Below, in pieces: positions 36,983 through 47,998 of a stretch of DNA of 64,000 bases. Every line of letters begins with the position of its first letter. Within the stretch, counting starts at the first letter, position 1. Both the position numbers and the translations under genes were made by a program. The notes beneath the pieces are model-generated. The model did no database searches. It was given only the letters and a program-made list of their open reading frames with translations, and was not told the origin of the DNA. Origin of the DNA: Terriglobia bacterium (GTDB lineage: Bacteria; Acidobacteriota; UBA6911); assembly GCA_963824985.1 (NCBI GenBank), contig CAWGRQ010000042.1, forward strand, positions 9,764-73,763, read 5' to 3'.

Positions 36983-39900
36983 CTACCTGCGATCCAACCG
37001 CAGGGGCTGGCCGTTGTCGCCGAAGTAATTCAGTGTGACGAAGACTGCCCCCCCGGCCGCGATAAATATAAACTCCGTCTGGTACCCGCTGCCGTCGGCG
37101 GCCTGGGGGAATATAACCGGGAACGGTGCCGGCCGGGTAAGGTCGGCGATGGGAAATGTAGTGACGAGAAAGTCGCTCCGGGCGTTAAGCAGAGAGCGGA
37201 GCGTGAGCGCCACGAACGGCGTGTCGGAGGAAATCTCGAGCGACTCCGCGGAATCCGGGTGGTAAACCCGGGATTCTCTGGCCTACGAACTCGGCTTTGT
37301 GCCCATTGCCGTTCAGTAGCAAGGTTCCGTCACCGGTTCCAGCCGGAGTCGAGCCGTTCAGTTCGAACGCCTTCATCGTTATCGTACCGCCCGCCCCTCC
37401 GGGGTTGCCGATCGCCAGGCCGGTGTCGTGCGCTCCGGATTTGTCGACGAAGATCCGGGCCCGTGTTGTCGGCATCGACGAGGGGACTCCCGCCTCCATC
37501 ACCAGAATTCCGCCTGTGCTCAATTGAAAAATCCCGGCGCCTGCCGGGGTGGTTGTGCCCGCATTCGGAGCAACACGAACCCAGCCGATAGCGGCTGCCT
37601 GTGGGGCTCCGTCCGTCTGTAAAATAAACACTCCTGCCGGCGGGATCGAATAGTTTATCGAAGAAGCGGTCGTGCCGCCGACTGCTCCGACCGGCAGGGG
37701 ATTTCCTCCGTCGTCCGTGACCTGCAGTGTTCCCGTCTCGGTCGCGCCGGTCGTGTTGATGAGGATCACCGTCGTGGCATAACCCCCTCCATTGACCAGT
37801 TGGGGAAAGTAAATCGTGCCGCCGGAATCCGCCTGCATGAGGTCCGCAATCGGGATCGTGGTCAGCAGAGTCTCGCCGCGCTGGTTGACGGTCAGTCGCA
37901 GGGCGAGGATCGAGATCGGCTGGTCACTCGAGATTTCAAGGGATCCGAACCGGATCGTCGCGGGGAAACCGGCCGGCAAGGCAAAATTCGGCGCAATCTG
38001 ATTCAGTTGGTCGATGAATCTCGCTATGTGGGCGCCGGCATCGAGCGTGCCGTTTCCATTGGCAAGGGTGGTCCCCGCGCTGTCCCGCAAGCGGAAGGCC
38101 AGATGCGCGGTCGCACTTCCCAGGTTGACGATGGCGATTCCGGTGTTAATCTCCACGGTGCCTGCACCCAGCAGCCCGGGCAGGGACACTTGCGTTCGAT
38201 AGTCAATGAAAATGCGGGCAGATCTCGTGGGCGGCGATGCCGGGACTCCAGCCTCGCTCACCACGACTCCGTTTTGCATCAGGCTGAAAGCAGCCGTCGC
38301 ATACGAGGCTATGCCAAAGACGGGAGTGGCCGTCGCATACCCCACCTGGATGGGATTCGAGTCCCCCGGCGTGATAAGCCCTGCTACGCCACCGCTCCCG
38401 GCGGCCAGGTTGGTATTGGTTACCGGGCGGCCGCTCAAATTGAAGAGGATCGTCAGGGTGGAATTGCGGCCGTTTGGGATGGCGACGTCAGGCTTCCTGT
38501 CCAGATCAAGGTCGGCGATCGCCATGGATCCGAAACCAGTTCCGGCATCGAAATTGCGGGGGCTCTGGAATGAACCATCGCCATTTCCCGGGAAGAGGAT
38601 CAGAGCACCTTCTCCTGTGCTGGCGACCAGAATGTCGCGAAATCCGTCGCCGTCAAAATCGACAATTGCCGTGGATCCCACCCCGGAAAATCTGTAAAGC
38701 GTCGCCGGCAGATTTGCTGCCGCCCTGAAGGTCCCGTCCCCGTTGCCTGCCAAAAAAGCAAAATTGTATGTGAACTGGGGATTCTCGATGGCCGCGGCCA
38801 GGTCAAGAATGCCGTCGTGGTCAACATCGCCCAGGGCGAGCCGCCGGACCGCCGCACCGCTGAGAACATTGACTGCAGCTCGGAAGGTGCCGTCGCCATT
38901 GCCTAACATCACGGCCAGACTCCCGTTGATGCTGCCGGGCGTTCCGATACTCGCAATCGCCAGGTCCGTGCGGCCGTCGCGATTCAGGTCACCCGCGGTC
39001 AGCGTCAGTGACTGCTCCGCCGTCTGAAATGGCAGCCCTGCCTGAAAGGTGCCGTCCCCGTTGCCCAGGTAAACCACTCCCGCATTGCTCCTGGTGTCCA
39101 GCAAAACCAGATCCGGCAGTTCGTCATTGTTCACGCTCAGCGCCATCATAGGACCAATCTCGAAACTGTTGTTTCCGATTAGGATCTGTTGAGACTGAGT
39201 GAAGCCGCCGGCGCCGTTGCCCAGCAACACGAAGACATTCGGCCTGATGAAGCCCTGAGAGTCATTCCGCCTGTTTCCGGCCACATCCGCGTTGCCGTCC
39301 CGGTTGAAATCGGCAATTGCCAGAATCCCCTCCCGACCAAGGTCGATGCGCTGCTGGAATACCCTGCCCTTCTCACCAAGAAGAATGGCGCTGTTTGCCA
39401 GGTTGTTGCTGGCCGCCAGATCCGGATAGCCGTCATTATTGAAGTCTGCCACATCGACTTGGGAGGTGCCTCCATCACGGTCTGCGGTCAGGAAGGCGCG
39501 TCCCGCGAGGAAAGTGCCGTCACCGTTGTTGAGGAGTATCGAATCGTGGTCCGCATTGAAGTTATTGACATGGAGATCGAGGATCTGGTCTCCGTCCACA
39601 TCAATGACCGAGATGCGGAGCGGATAGTCGCTGACCACATAATGTTGCGGGGTTCTAAAAGTGCCGTCACCCTTGCCCAAAAGCACCGAGATGGAGGCGC
39701 TGAGGTAGTTTGCCGTGACCAAGTCCAGGTTGCCGTCACGATTCAGGTCGCCGGTCTCAATCGTTGCGGTGCTGTTACGGGGGAGGACGGGCACCTGGCG
39801 CGCCGGCTGGAAGGAGCCGTTGCCGTTGCCGAGCAGAATGGATAACGCGTCGAAAATACTGACGATAATGTCGGGGTTGCCGTCACGGTTCAGATCGCCG

Positions 39901-40709
39901 GCAGCTACCTTGTCGGATCCGCCGGCCTCCACCAGAACCGGCGCCTGAAAGGTCGCGTCCCCGTTGCCGAGCAGGACTGAGACCGTTGTCCGGTTGAGTC
40001 CCGGGCGTACCAGGTCGAGCCGGCCGTCCTTGTTGAAATCCCCAATGGCCACCGAGGCGGCGCCGGCACCGGGATCAAGGTTTATGGCCGCTTGGAAACT
40101 TCCGTCGCCTTTCCCCAGCAATAATGAGAGGCTTCCGTCGGATGCGCTGCGACCCTGGTTCGCCGTCACCAGATCGATCTTGCCGTCATTATTCAGGTCG
40201 GCGGCCAGGATTTTGACCGGAGCCTTTCCAACCGTAACGTTGGTTGCCACTCCATAAGACAAAGGAGCAGTCGCCGGTACGATCGAGACATCGTCGGAAT
40301 CCTGGTTAACAACTGCCAGATCCTCCAATCCGTCGCCGTTGAAATCAGCTAACACCATATCAATGGGAAACCGCCCCACCGCGATCTCCCGCCGGAGAGG
40401 GAATCCGCCCGCAGCCTTTGTTGAAAAAAGGTTAGGCAGATCCTTGAGGATCTCACAGGCGCCCTTCATGTCAAACAACCACTCCAACGCGTTCTTGTGT
40501 TCCGGCATGGGTTTGACCTGTAGCCCGGATCCGAGATCGCTCATGGAAAAATATGCAAGCCCTGCCAGAGTGTACTGCAAGTGGGTTACACCGTAGGGTG
40601 CTTTGCTTGTGGTACATGACGATTTGGCACCGGATTGCGCCCAGAGCTCCTGGCTGCCCAATGCCTGGTAGCCTGCCACGATAGCAAACGCCAAAATGCA
40701 ATTCACCAC
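36983..40709 (-). CDS. FG-GAP/VCBS-repeat giant secreted protein with four C-terminal beta-sandwich modules; one frame change near 37240
   Basis: At least 12 FG-GAP calcium-binding units (DFNGDGLEDLAVVN, DLNNDGKIDLVTAN, DLNRDGNPDIIVS ...). The last about 75 aa (LEISSDTPFVALTLRSLLN...VIFPQAADGSGYQTEFIF) continue in ORF 36983-37213 in another frame. Confidence 0.8.
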
Positions 40710-41508
40710 TATCCCGGTTGCGCGCCGATTTCATCTGTCCATATGGATTCTCCCTTCTCTAAGGTCTGTCAGATCATTGCAAATCTCCATTCTTCGGGGT
40801 GACGTTGAATTTGGAAAAGAGTGCACGATTGCAGCTTGAGGAGAAATTTGGCCGGATCGCTGGGCGCGTCAGCATTACGGATTTCAGCAGCAATTCTATG
40901 GGTGCATCTTGAAGGTTTGAGGTGCAAGCCGGTGGTTGACTTGGAGGCAAAAAGACAATGCTCGAAAGCATCCTTCCCACCCTTCCATCTGTTCGATGGC
41001 CATGCATCGGCGGATTCCCCGAGCGGATCCGACGACACCTTTGAATGATAGCATCCGGTTTTGAATAATCCAAGCGCCTGCGGTTCTTGAGTATTGGATC
41101 ATGGACAGCCATTATGTCTGAACATGCAGAGAGGAAACTGGCAGTAAGTCCGCTGAAAACCGGAACGCGCCGCAGATATGGGTATCATGGGCAAGTCACC
41201 AGGAACTCCCTGACTGGACCAAAGACCCATCGCTTGCTGCAGGAGATAAATAGCACGCGGCAAATAATGAGAATCTCCCACTCAAAATCGCAAGAGATAT
41301 GGTTGCGCCATTCCCCTTACTTATGGGAGATTAATCGAAGGGAAGGAACATGAATCTCTTGAAATATACCATCTGCGCGACTCTGCGAATCCGGCTGCAC
41401 GAAATGAGAATGCTCGTCGTCATCTTCCTGATACTGGAGGACGATCATGGATTCAAAATCACAGCGCCCACGGAGCCTTAAGCCGGCTATGAGCCGGGGA
41501 TCCCTCGG

Positions 41509-41601
41509 GCGGCTTCAGCCGCAACCCGACTTTCAGTCGGAAAAGGAACCTACCGGCTTTAGCCGGTAGTGGTTCAGCCAACGGTTAGGAGGGATTGGCT
41601 G
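41509..41601. repeat. Array of four consecutive short hairpins
   Basis: gcggc-ttca-gccgc; ccgact-ttc-agtcgg; ctaccggc-ttta-gccggtag; cagccaa-N13-ttggctg. Confidence 0.7.
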
Positions 41602-41924
41602 CCTATTTCCGCGGTTGCTCCGTGGGGCAGGCCGGCTTGGTTCCCCCTCTCCAACTTCCGATAAAAAAGCAATTATGTTAACTTCGGGGCTTCGACCCCT
41701 CCCAGGCGGCATGCTACATCGAAATCGGGTCCCGGGATCCGGTTTTTTAGGCACCCGCGCCTTATTGCGCTGAGGACAGAGGAGCGGCCTTTTTTGTTGC
41801 AGGCGGTTGGCTGGAAGTTCTGGTAGGGAGCTGCATAAGGAAAGCTCTTTCTGACCGTCCTGTTCTCTGCAACATGGGAACTTCCTGGGGACCGATGCAT
41901 CTGGGCAGGACAAACTATGCCGAA

Positions 41925-42238
41925 AGCGACGTCTCGTCCGTGAAGAACAACCATCTTCACATTGTTTCCTGCAAAGGTGTTTACTTCGTCACGCGGCTGA
42001 AAGACAACGCTGCCTTCTTAGTGGTCGAAAATCGGGCGATTCCAGCCGGAACGAATGTCCGCAGGGATCAGGTCGTCTACTTTCACAGCCAAGCCGTCCC
42101 CGACCGCGAGCACTTTTCAGGATCGTTGAAGTCTGGGACGAGGAAAAGCAGAGGTCGTTCACGTTCCTGACAAATCACCTTGAGTTTGCGGCGACAACGA
42201 TGGCGGCGCTCTACAAGGATCGCTGGGCCGTCGAGCTA
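41925..42238 (+). mobile_element. Internal fragment of an IS4-family (DDE) transposase gene, frameshifted and truncated at both ends
   Basis: GVYFVTRLKDNAAF...DQVVYF in one frame and RIVEVWDEEKQRSFTFLTNHLEFAATTMAALYKDRWAVELF in another (YxxRWxIExxF motif). No inverted repeats identified. Confidence 0.7.
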
Positions 42239-42242
42239 TTTA

Positions 42243-42375
42243 TTTTTGCCGGCGGAAAAGATCCTCGTGACCGGTGACATCATGCTGAATCCCTATCCGT
42301 TCGCAATCGGCGGATCCTATCCTGCGGAATGGCTGAAGACGATGGAGTTGTTTGCCGCGCTGCATCCAGCAGAGG
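42243..42375 (+). pseudogene. Short fragment resembling an MBL-fold hydrolase
   Basis: LPAEKILVTGDIMLNPYPFAIGGSYPAEWLKTMELFAALHP abuts the transposase fragment. Homology is lost on both sides. Confidence 0.3.
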
Positions 42376-42596
42376 ACGACCGGCATAGCGGCAGAGACGC
42401 TCCAGCAGCATGCGGTCTCGAGGATAAACGCGGACCACGGACGCTGAAGCCGGCAGCCGACGCACAGCAGCGGCCCGACGGCACGGCCGCATCCCCGAAA
42501 TCCGCACCGTCGCCGACTCGCGCGATGCGCCTGCCGGCGACGAACCTATGATGGCGGTCGCAAATGGCACAGGGTGAGAGGTGCCGCGGCTCCCTG

Positions 42597-44480
42597 TTAC
42601 CAGATTTTTATGGGCAGTCCTTTGATGTCGAAATACATGAAGTAGGGGACGGCTTCCTCAACCGCGTAGAAGGGCCAGAACCGCGAAGCCACCCGGCTTC
42701 CCCAGTAATTGACCTTCAGACCGACTGTCTCCGGGGGCTCGACCCGGAATACGCCAGGAATGGTATCCGGAATCAACCATTTAGCCAGGTCATCTTCTCG
42801 TTCTGGAAGCCGGAACGCCGGCTCGTGGTAGTGTGCCTCCAAGGCATAAACAACCGGCCCTCGAGCGACCGCTACCCGGTCAGGATGCTGCTTATCGATC
42901 GGCTCATAGCGGAATCGGAGTGGAAACCTCACCTCCACCTGATCTCCCGGTTTCCAGGTGCGTTTTATCGTGGCCCAGGTCCCGGGTGCACACGCGACAT
43001 TTACCTCCGCACCATTCAGCTTCACCGCGACATCCTGAGACCATCCCGGAACGCGGAACTTGAGCTCGAAATCCATCTCACGCTTCATTTGCAGGGTCAG
43101 TGTGGTCGTCTCCGATTCGGGGAATCCGGTATTCTGAACCAGACTGACCTCACCCTCCGGTCTGCTCCAGGCGACTTCCGAAGGGAGGAACAGATTGACG
43201 GCCAGGCCGGCCGCATCCTTGAAATAGATCAGGTTGTGGTAGTCGGCCACGCCCTGGATCAGGGTACCCGAACAGCAGGTGAACTTGTCCCAGCGATACA
43301 CTTTCATCCCGCCGCCGATTCGGTAATCGGAATAGTAGAAGTTTTTGCCTCCCGGACCTAACGGAAGTGCCGCACCGATTCCGTTGTACAGCAGCCGCTC
43401 GATCCAATCGCCGTAGCGAGCGTCCCCGGTGAACTGCATCAGGTAGCGCGACAATTTGAATGCCGCCCAGGACCCGCAAATGGTCTCAAAGCTATCGAAC
43501 CGGAACTCCAGGGTTTTTCCGAGATTTCCGTTGGGGGTCATGAATCGCTCGTGGGGGCCGAATCCGCCCGTGGCGTAACACTGCGTACTCTGAAGGAAGT
43601 CATAGGCGTTCTTGATGATCTGCAGATAGACCGGATCTCCGGTGACGGCGTAGGTCATGGCCGCGCTGCTGAACGTGTTGACATGGCTGTAGGCATGCAG
43701 CCCATATACATCCGTCGGCGATGCCGTTTCGGCAAATCTGTTCCAGTACGCGTGGTAAAGCCAGACTTCGGCGAAGTCTTTGAATTTTTGATTTCCCGAT
43801 AGTTGGTATGCACGCCAGAGATTCTCCGATAACGTGTACCATTCTGACGGATTGCCCATGTACTGGTTCGGCGTGGCCGGTGTGCGCGCCCGGTTAAAAG
43901 TCTTGCTTGCCCAATCCGTAACTTTTTCAAGCAATCCCAACGCCTCTGGATGAGCGGCGTATTCGTGCATATCAACCAGCCCACATACCAGCTTTTCAAA
44001 GGGATAATGCTGCATGCCACAGTTGCCGTCGGGCTTGATTGTCTTGCCCCACTCGGTCATGAGGCGCGCCGCCTTATCTCGAATGGCTGCATCCCCGGTG
44101 GCCCGGCCCATCCGAGCCATGCCGCTCAGCCATTGGCCGAGCACCGTCGAGCTGTTGGTCTGACACCAACTGGCCCGGCCCATGCGGGACGACCACTCGC
44201 TGCCCAGCGGTTTCCCCGGAGCGGGCAGACCGGCTGCCGCGCGAAAGCCCTGCAGGATATCGTCATCCGGAATGCCGAAGTAGTAATCCCTGGCCGTCTG
44301 GTATTGTGCCTGCCACCGGCTTTCGCGGAGCCGCACCCCATGATAGTTCATCGGTTCAAGCCGGATTCCGGAAGAAGAGCCCGAGGTTTGAAGCGGCGGG
44401 ATTTTCGCGCCCCGAGCTAAAACCCATGCCCCTGCCGGAGCGGATTTCAAAAAGTCACGGCGATCCATGTCACGCTTCAT
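42597..44480 (-). CDS. Glycoside hydrolase family 127 (DUF1680, beta-L-arabinofuranosidase-like) with Tat-type signal
   Basis: MKRDMDRRDFLK N-terminus with AAGGGAGA RBS. FETICGSW (ExxC) and FTCCSGT (CC) match the Cys/Glu Zn-site pattern of GH127. Confidence 0.8.
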   Translation of the reverse strand: MKRDMDRRDFLKSAPAGAWVLARGAKIPPLQTSGSSSGIRLEPMNYHGVRLRESRWQAQYQTARDYYFGIPDDDILQGFRAAAGLPAPGKPLGSEWSSRMGRASWCQTNSSTVLGQWLSGMARMGRATGDAAIRDKAARLMTEWGKTIKPDGNCGMQHYPFEKLVCGLVDMHEYAAHPEALGLLEKVTDWASKTFNRARTPATPNQYMGNPSEWYTLSENLWRAYQLSGNQKFKDFAEVWLYHAYWNRFAETASPTDVYGLHAYSHVNTFSSAAMTYAVTGDPVYLQIIKNAYDFLQSTQCYATGGFGPHERFMTPNGNLGKTLEFRFDSFETICGSWAAFKLSRYLMQFTGDARYGDWIERLLYNGIGAALPLGPGGKNFYYSDYRIGGGMKVYRWDKFTCCSGTLIQGVADYHNLIYFKDAAGLAVNLFLPSEVAWSRPEGEVSLVQNTGFPESETTTLTLQMKREMDFELKFRVPGWSQDVAVKLNGAEVNVACAPGTWATIKRTWKPGDQVEVRFPLRFRYEPIDKQHPDRVAVARGPVVYALEAHYHEPAFRLPEREDDLAKWLIPDTIPGVFRVEPPETVGLKVNYWGSRVASRFWPFYAVEEAVPYFMYFDIKGLPIKIW

Positions 44481-44560
44481 CTCATCTCCCTTCGGGTGCG
44501 CGATTGCGCGATTCGCAGGCGCCCTTTTCGCATCCATAGCCAGCCATCCCGCCGGAAATT

Positions 44561-46033
44561 CTATCTCCTGATACCAATTCTCGTGTGCGCCAGGCCGATT
44601 GCGTCGATGTATTGTCCAGCCCTGCCGATAAAACCGACCGCCTGGCTGCCGGTCGGGACCTCTATCCGAAAATACGTGCCGCCTCCGGGTCCGCCGAATA
44701 TTGGCGAGATTTTCTTGTTGGTTTGAATCTGAAGCGAATCAACGATGGTGCCGTACCGGCCGGAGATGCCGGTGATGTACTCGTCCGCATCGAGCCGGAA
44801 AATTCTCTGGCGTCCGCCCGAACCGCCAGCCCGTTCGCCTTCCACAGTGCGGCCGTCGGGCAAGACATAGATCATCTGCACCGAATCGACACGATCACTC
44901 GAGGCAACGCGGATCTCGGTGATCCGGGCGCCGGCAGGAATATCCTGGGAAGGAAAGGAATTGCCGCCGTTGCCTCCGTAGAGCGGGCTTTGTTGATACG
45001 GTACCGCGCCCGCCTGGCCAACTTGCCTGCCGATATTCCGTTCGCCGTACCGGCCGCCAAACCGCCGGTCCACCTGAGCGTAAGTCAAACCGATGGCATC
45101 CACGAGGGCACCCGACCGGCCGGCAAACCCGACCACCCGGCTGCCGGTCGGAACCTCTATCAGAAAAACATCGCCGCCTCCGGGTCCGCCATATAACGGC
45201 GAAGTCTTCTTGTTGGTTTGAATCTGGAGCGAATTAATGACATTGCCGTACCGACCGGAAATGCGGGTGATGTACTCGTCCGCATCGAGCCGGAAAATTC
45301 TCTGGCGTCCAACCGAGCCACCATATCGTGTCCCTTCAACCGTTCGACCGTCAGTCAAGACATAGACGGTCTGCAGGGATTCGACGAGGTCACTTGCGGA
45401 AATCCGGAGCTCGGCAATCCGGGCGCCGGATGGAATATCCTGGGCTGAGAAGGGATTGCCGCCGTTGCCTCCATAGAGCTGCGTTTGTGGATACTGTCCC
45501 TGGCCAGAGGTTCCGAGGCCGAGACGCAGGTTCAGCGGAGCGAAGGTCAAACCGATGGCATCCACGCGCTCACCTGATCGGCCTGTGAAGCCTGTCGCTT
45601 CGGTGCCATTCGGGACCTCGATCCGATAATCCCTGCTGCCTCCGGATCCGCCATATATCGGCGAGGTTTTCTTGTTGGTGCGAATCTGCAGCGAATCAAT
45701 GATGTCGCCACATCGGCCGGAAATGCCGGTGATGTACTCGTCTGCATCGAGCCTGAATACGTTCAGCCGGCCTCCCGAGCCGCCGTGCTGGCCGGCAACA
45801 GCGCTGCTCCCCGAAACAGACACATAGACCAGCTGAATCGCATCGATCATTTCACCCGACCTGATGCGGACCTCAGTGACCCTTGTCCCTGCCGCCGGCT
45901 GCGGGTCGGAAAATGGATTGCCGCCTCGTCCGCCGGCGATATTGGTAGATCCTGACTGCTGGGATAGCACGAGCGGGCTTCCCAAAACAATCGCCAGGGC
46001 CGCCACTATAATAATCGACATAATCTTGTGCAT
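44561..46033 (-). CDS. Secreted protein with three tandem jacalin-like lectin domains
   Basis: Signal peptide MHKIMSIIIVAALAIVLG (AAGGAGG RBS). Three modules of about 135 aa (DNA 45539-45937, 45074-45478, 44585-44983), each with GGxGGxxF, FRLDADEYITxISGR, LQIxTNKK and VDAIGL blocks. Confidence 0.75.
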   Translation of the reverse strand: MHKIMSIIIVAALAIVLGSPLVLSQQSGSTNIAGGRGGNPFSDPQPAAGTRVTEVRIRSGEMIDAIQLVYVSVSGSSAVAGQHGGSGGRLNVFRLDADEYITGISGRCGDIIDSLQIRTNKKTSPIYGGSGGSRDYRIEVPNGTEATGFTGRSGERVDAIGLTFAPLNLRLGLGTSGQGQYPQTQLYGGNGGNPFSAQDIPSGARIAELRISASDLVESLQTVYVLTDGRTVEGTRYGGSVGRQRIFRLDADEYITRISGRYGNVINSLQIQTNKKTSPLYGGPGGGDVFLIEVPTGSRVVGFAGRSGALVDAIGLTYAQVDRRFGGRYGERNIGRQVGQAGAVPYQQSPLYGGNGGNSFPSQDIPAGARITEIRVASSDRVDSVQMIYVLPDGRTVEGERAGGSGGRQRIFRLDADEYITGISGRYGTIVDSLQIQTNKKISPIFGGPGGGTYFRIEVPTGSQAVGFIGRAGQYIDAIGLAHTRIGIRR

Positions 46034-46327
46034 AAGTCCTCCTTGCATGTGGGAGATACCATTACGAGGATTCTATCTGTTGCGCAGCGAATTGTTCAAT
46101 CATTTCGAAAGGCTCGAAAATCATGAACCCGGTTGAGCTTCAAGTCTGGCACGCATTGCTGCCGGACATCAATACGGTCATCTAACACTAACAAAAACAC
46201 GATCTTGTCCGAAGAGCAGAAAAGAGGGCCTCTATTAGCGTTCTCCATCCGTAATGGAACCGGAGTGCGAGCGGGATTGAGGTCCGGCCCAGTGAAATCG
46301 AAATGTAGACAGACACGGAGGCTTTAC

Positions 46328-47112
46328 AGCGACGTGGACCGAAATGAGCTGGCCGCACACGGAGAGAATGGCGGGCTTTGGGATTGGAATCTGACATCCA
46401 GTTGGGTTCATTTTTCGCCCCGGTGGATCTCGATGGTGGGTTGCGAGGACCACGAGGTCGGGACCAAACCCGAAGAGTGGTTCCAGAGAATTCATCCCGA
46501 GGACCTGGAACAAGCACAGCGCGACATCGACGCCCACCTGGCAGGGAACTCCCGACAATTTGAAATTCACCACCGGCTGCTCCACAAGGACGGGACATAC
46601 CGTTGGATGTCCTGCCACGGCGTGATTGAGCGGAATGAAAACGGGCAGGCGGTCCGAATCGCAGGCTCCCACTCGGATATCACCGGGGAGAAGGTCGACG
46701 ATGCGCTGACCGGACTTCCAAACCGCCTGTTGCTGATGGACCGCCTGACGCGCTCCATTGCGCGTGCCAAACGGCGCGCTGACCACATTTTCGCCTTGCC
46801 GAGAGAACCGGGCTGATTGTGCCCTGGGCCGATGGGTTTTGCATGAGGCCTGCCGGCAGCTCAAGTCCTGGCAGGAGCGCATGCTGGCCCCGAACGACCT
46901 CTGGGTTTCTGTGAATATATCCGGCCCACAATTCGCTCAGTCCTCCCTGGTTGAACAGATTCGCGAGGTTTTGCATGACATCCAGCTGGCGCCGTATTGC
47001 CTGATGCTGGAGCTCACGGAAGGCGTGGTGATGCAAAATCCGGAAGCCGCCAGCAGTCAGCTCATGCAACTGCGTGTCATGGGAGTGCAAATCGGACTCG
47101 ATGGTTTCTCTA
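46328..47112 (+). pseudogene. PAS-GGDEF-EAL signalling protein remnant (internal deletion, frameshift, 3' truncation)
   Basis: A PAS block (GLWDWNL...FSPRWISMVG...YRWMSCHGV) runs into the GGDEF start (LTGLPNRLLLMDRL...RRADH). It then jumps directly to EAL blocks (LAERTGLIVP, LGRWVLHEACRQL, LELTE, IGLDGF) in other frames. Confidence 0.75.
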
Positions 47113-47146
47113 TCCATGACTTCTTTGCCTTTGTGCGGCAGGTGGA

Positions 47147-47881
47147 CATGATGTCGATGATGTGGCCCGGCTGACGGCGCAGTTCGCCGCGGCGCTCGAT
47201 GCCGGCCGGCCAGTGCATGATGATGGGAGTAGCGATGCCTCCCTCATGCGTCCAGTGCTTGAAGAGCCGGAACGGCGTGTTGGAGACGTTGGCCCACGGA
47301 TACCCGTAGCTCTGATAGGTGTCGGCGGGGCCGGGCATCACGCCGGGATCGTTGAAGAACCGCACGGGTTTTCCGTCCCGGGTGGTTTTGCGGGCCACCC
47401 GCTCCTTGCCCTCGAGGAGGTAGTTTCCCCAGCTCGGGGTCAACTCCTCGTGGCAGCCCCCGTTGTCTGAAAGGAAGAAGACGAGGGTGTTTTCGCGCGC
47501 TCCCGTCTTTTCGAGCGCGGCGAGGATCCGGCCGATGCCCTGATCGAGATGGTCGATCTGGGCCGCATAGACTTCCATGCGACGGAGCTGCCAGGCCTTC
47601 TCGGGGGCGTTCTCCCATGCGGGTACGTTGGCGTCCCGCGGGCTCAGCCGCCATACCTCGGGAACGATTCCCATTTCGATCATGCGGCGATGGCGTTCCG
47701 AACGCAGAACATCCCACCCCTGGTCGAAACGGCCGCGATAGCGGGCGATGTCCTCCTCGAGGGCGTGAAGAGGCCAGTGAGGTGCGGTGAAGGCGGCATA
47801 CAGGAAGAAGGGCTTGTCGGGCTTGTCGCGGCGATGGTCGTGGATGTAGCTGACCGCATGGTCGGCAATTGCGTCGCTCAC
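47147..47881 (-). pseudogene. Arylsulfatase fragment lacking the N-terminal catalytic (CxPxR) region and the C-terminus
   Basis: KPFFLYAAFTAPHWPLHA, LVFFLSDNGG, HEGGIATPIIMHWP and GHIIDIM blocks. A stop codon lies immediately upstream of the first aligned residue. Confidence 0.75.
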
Positions 47882-47998
47882 ACCTTACATCTTATTAAAT
47901 GCAAAAAAGGGCCCCGAAAAATCATTCCAGGGACCTTCTCGGGCGCCTTATTGGGGCCTTTCTATTGTTAATGCACAATTTCCCTTGGTCCGACCCCG

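Noticed and set aside
41533-41960. ORFs 41533-41913 and 41673-41960 on the minus strand
   Set aside because: They run through the hairpin array and T-run region. Their composition and lack of a start context indicate repeat-derived pseudo-ORFs.
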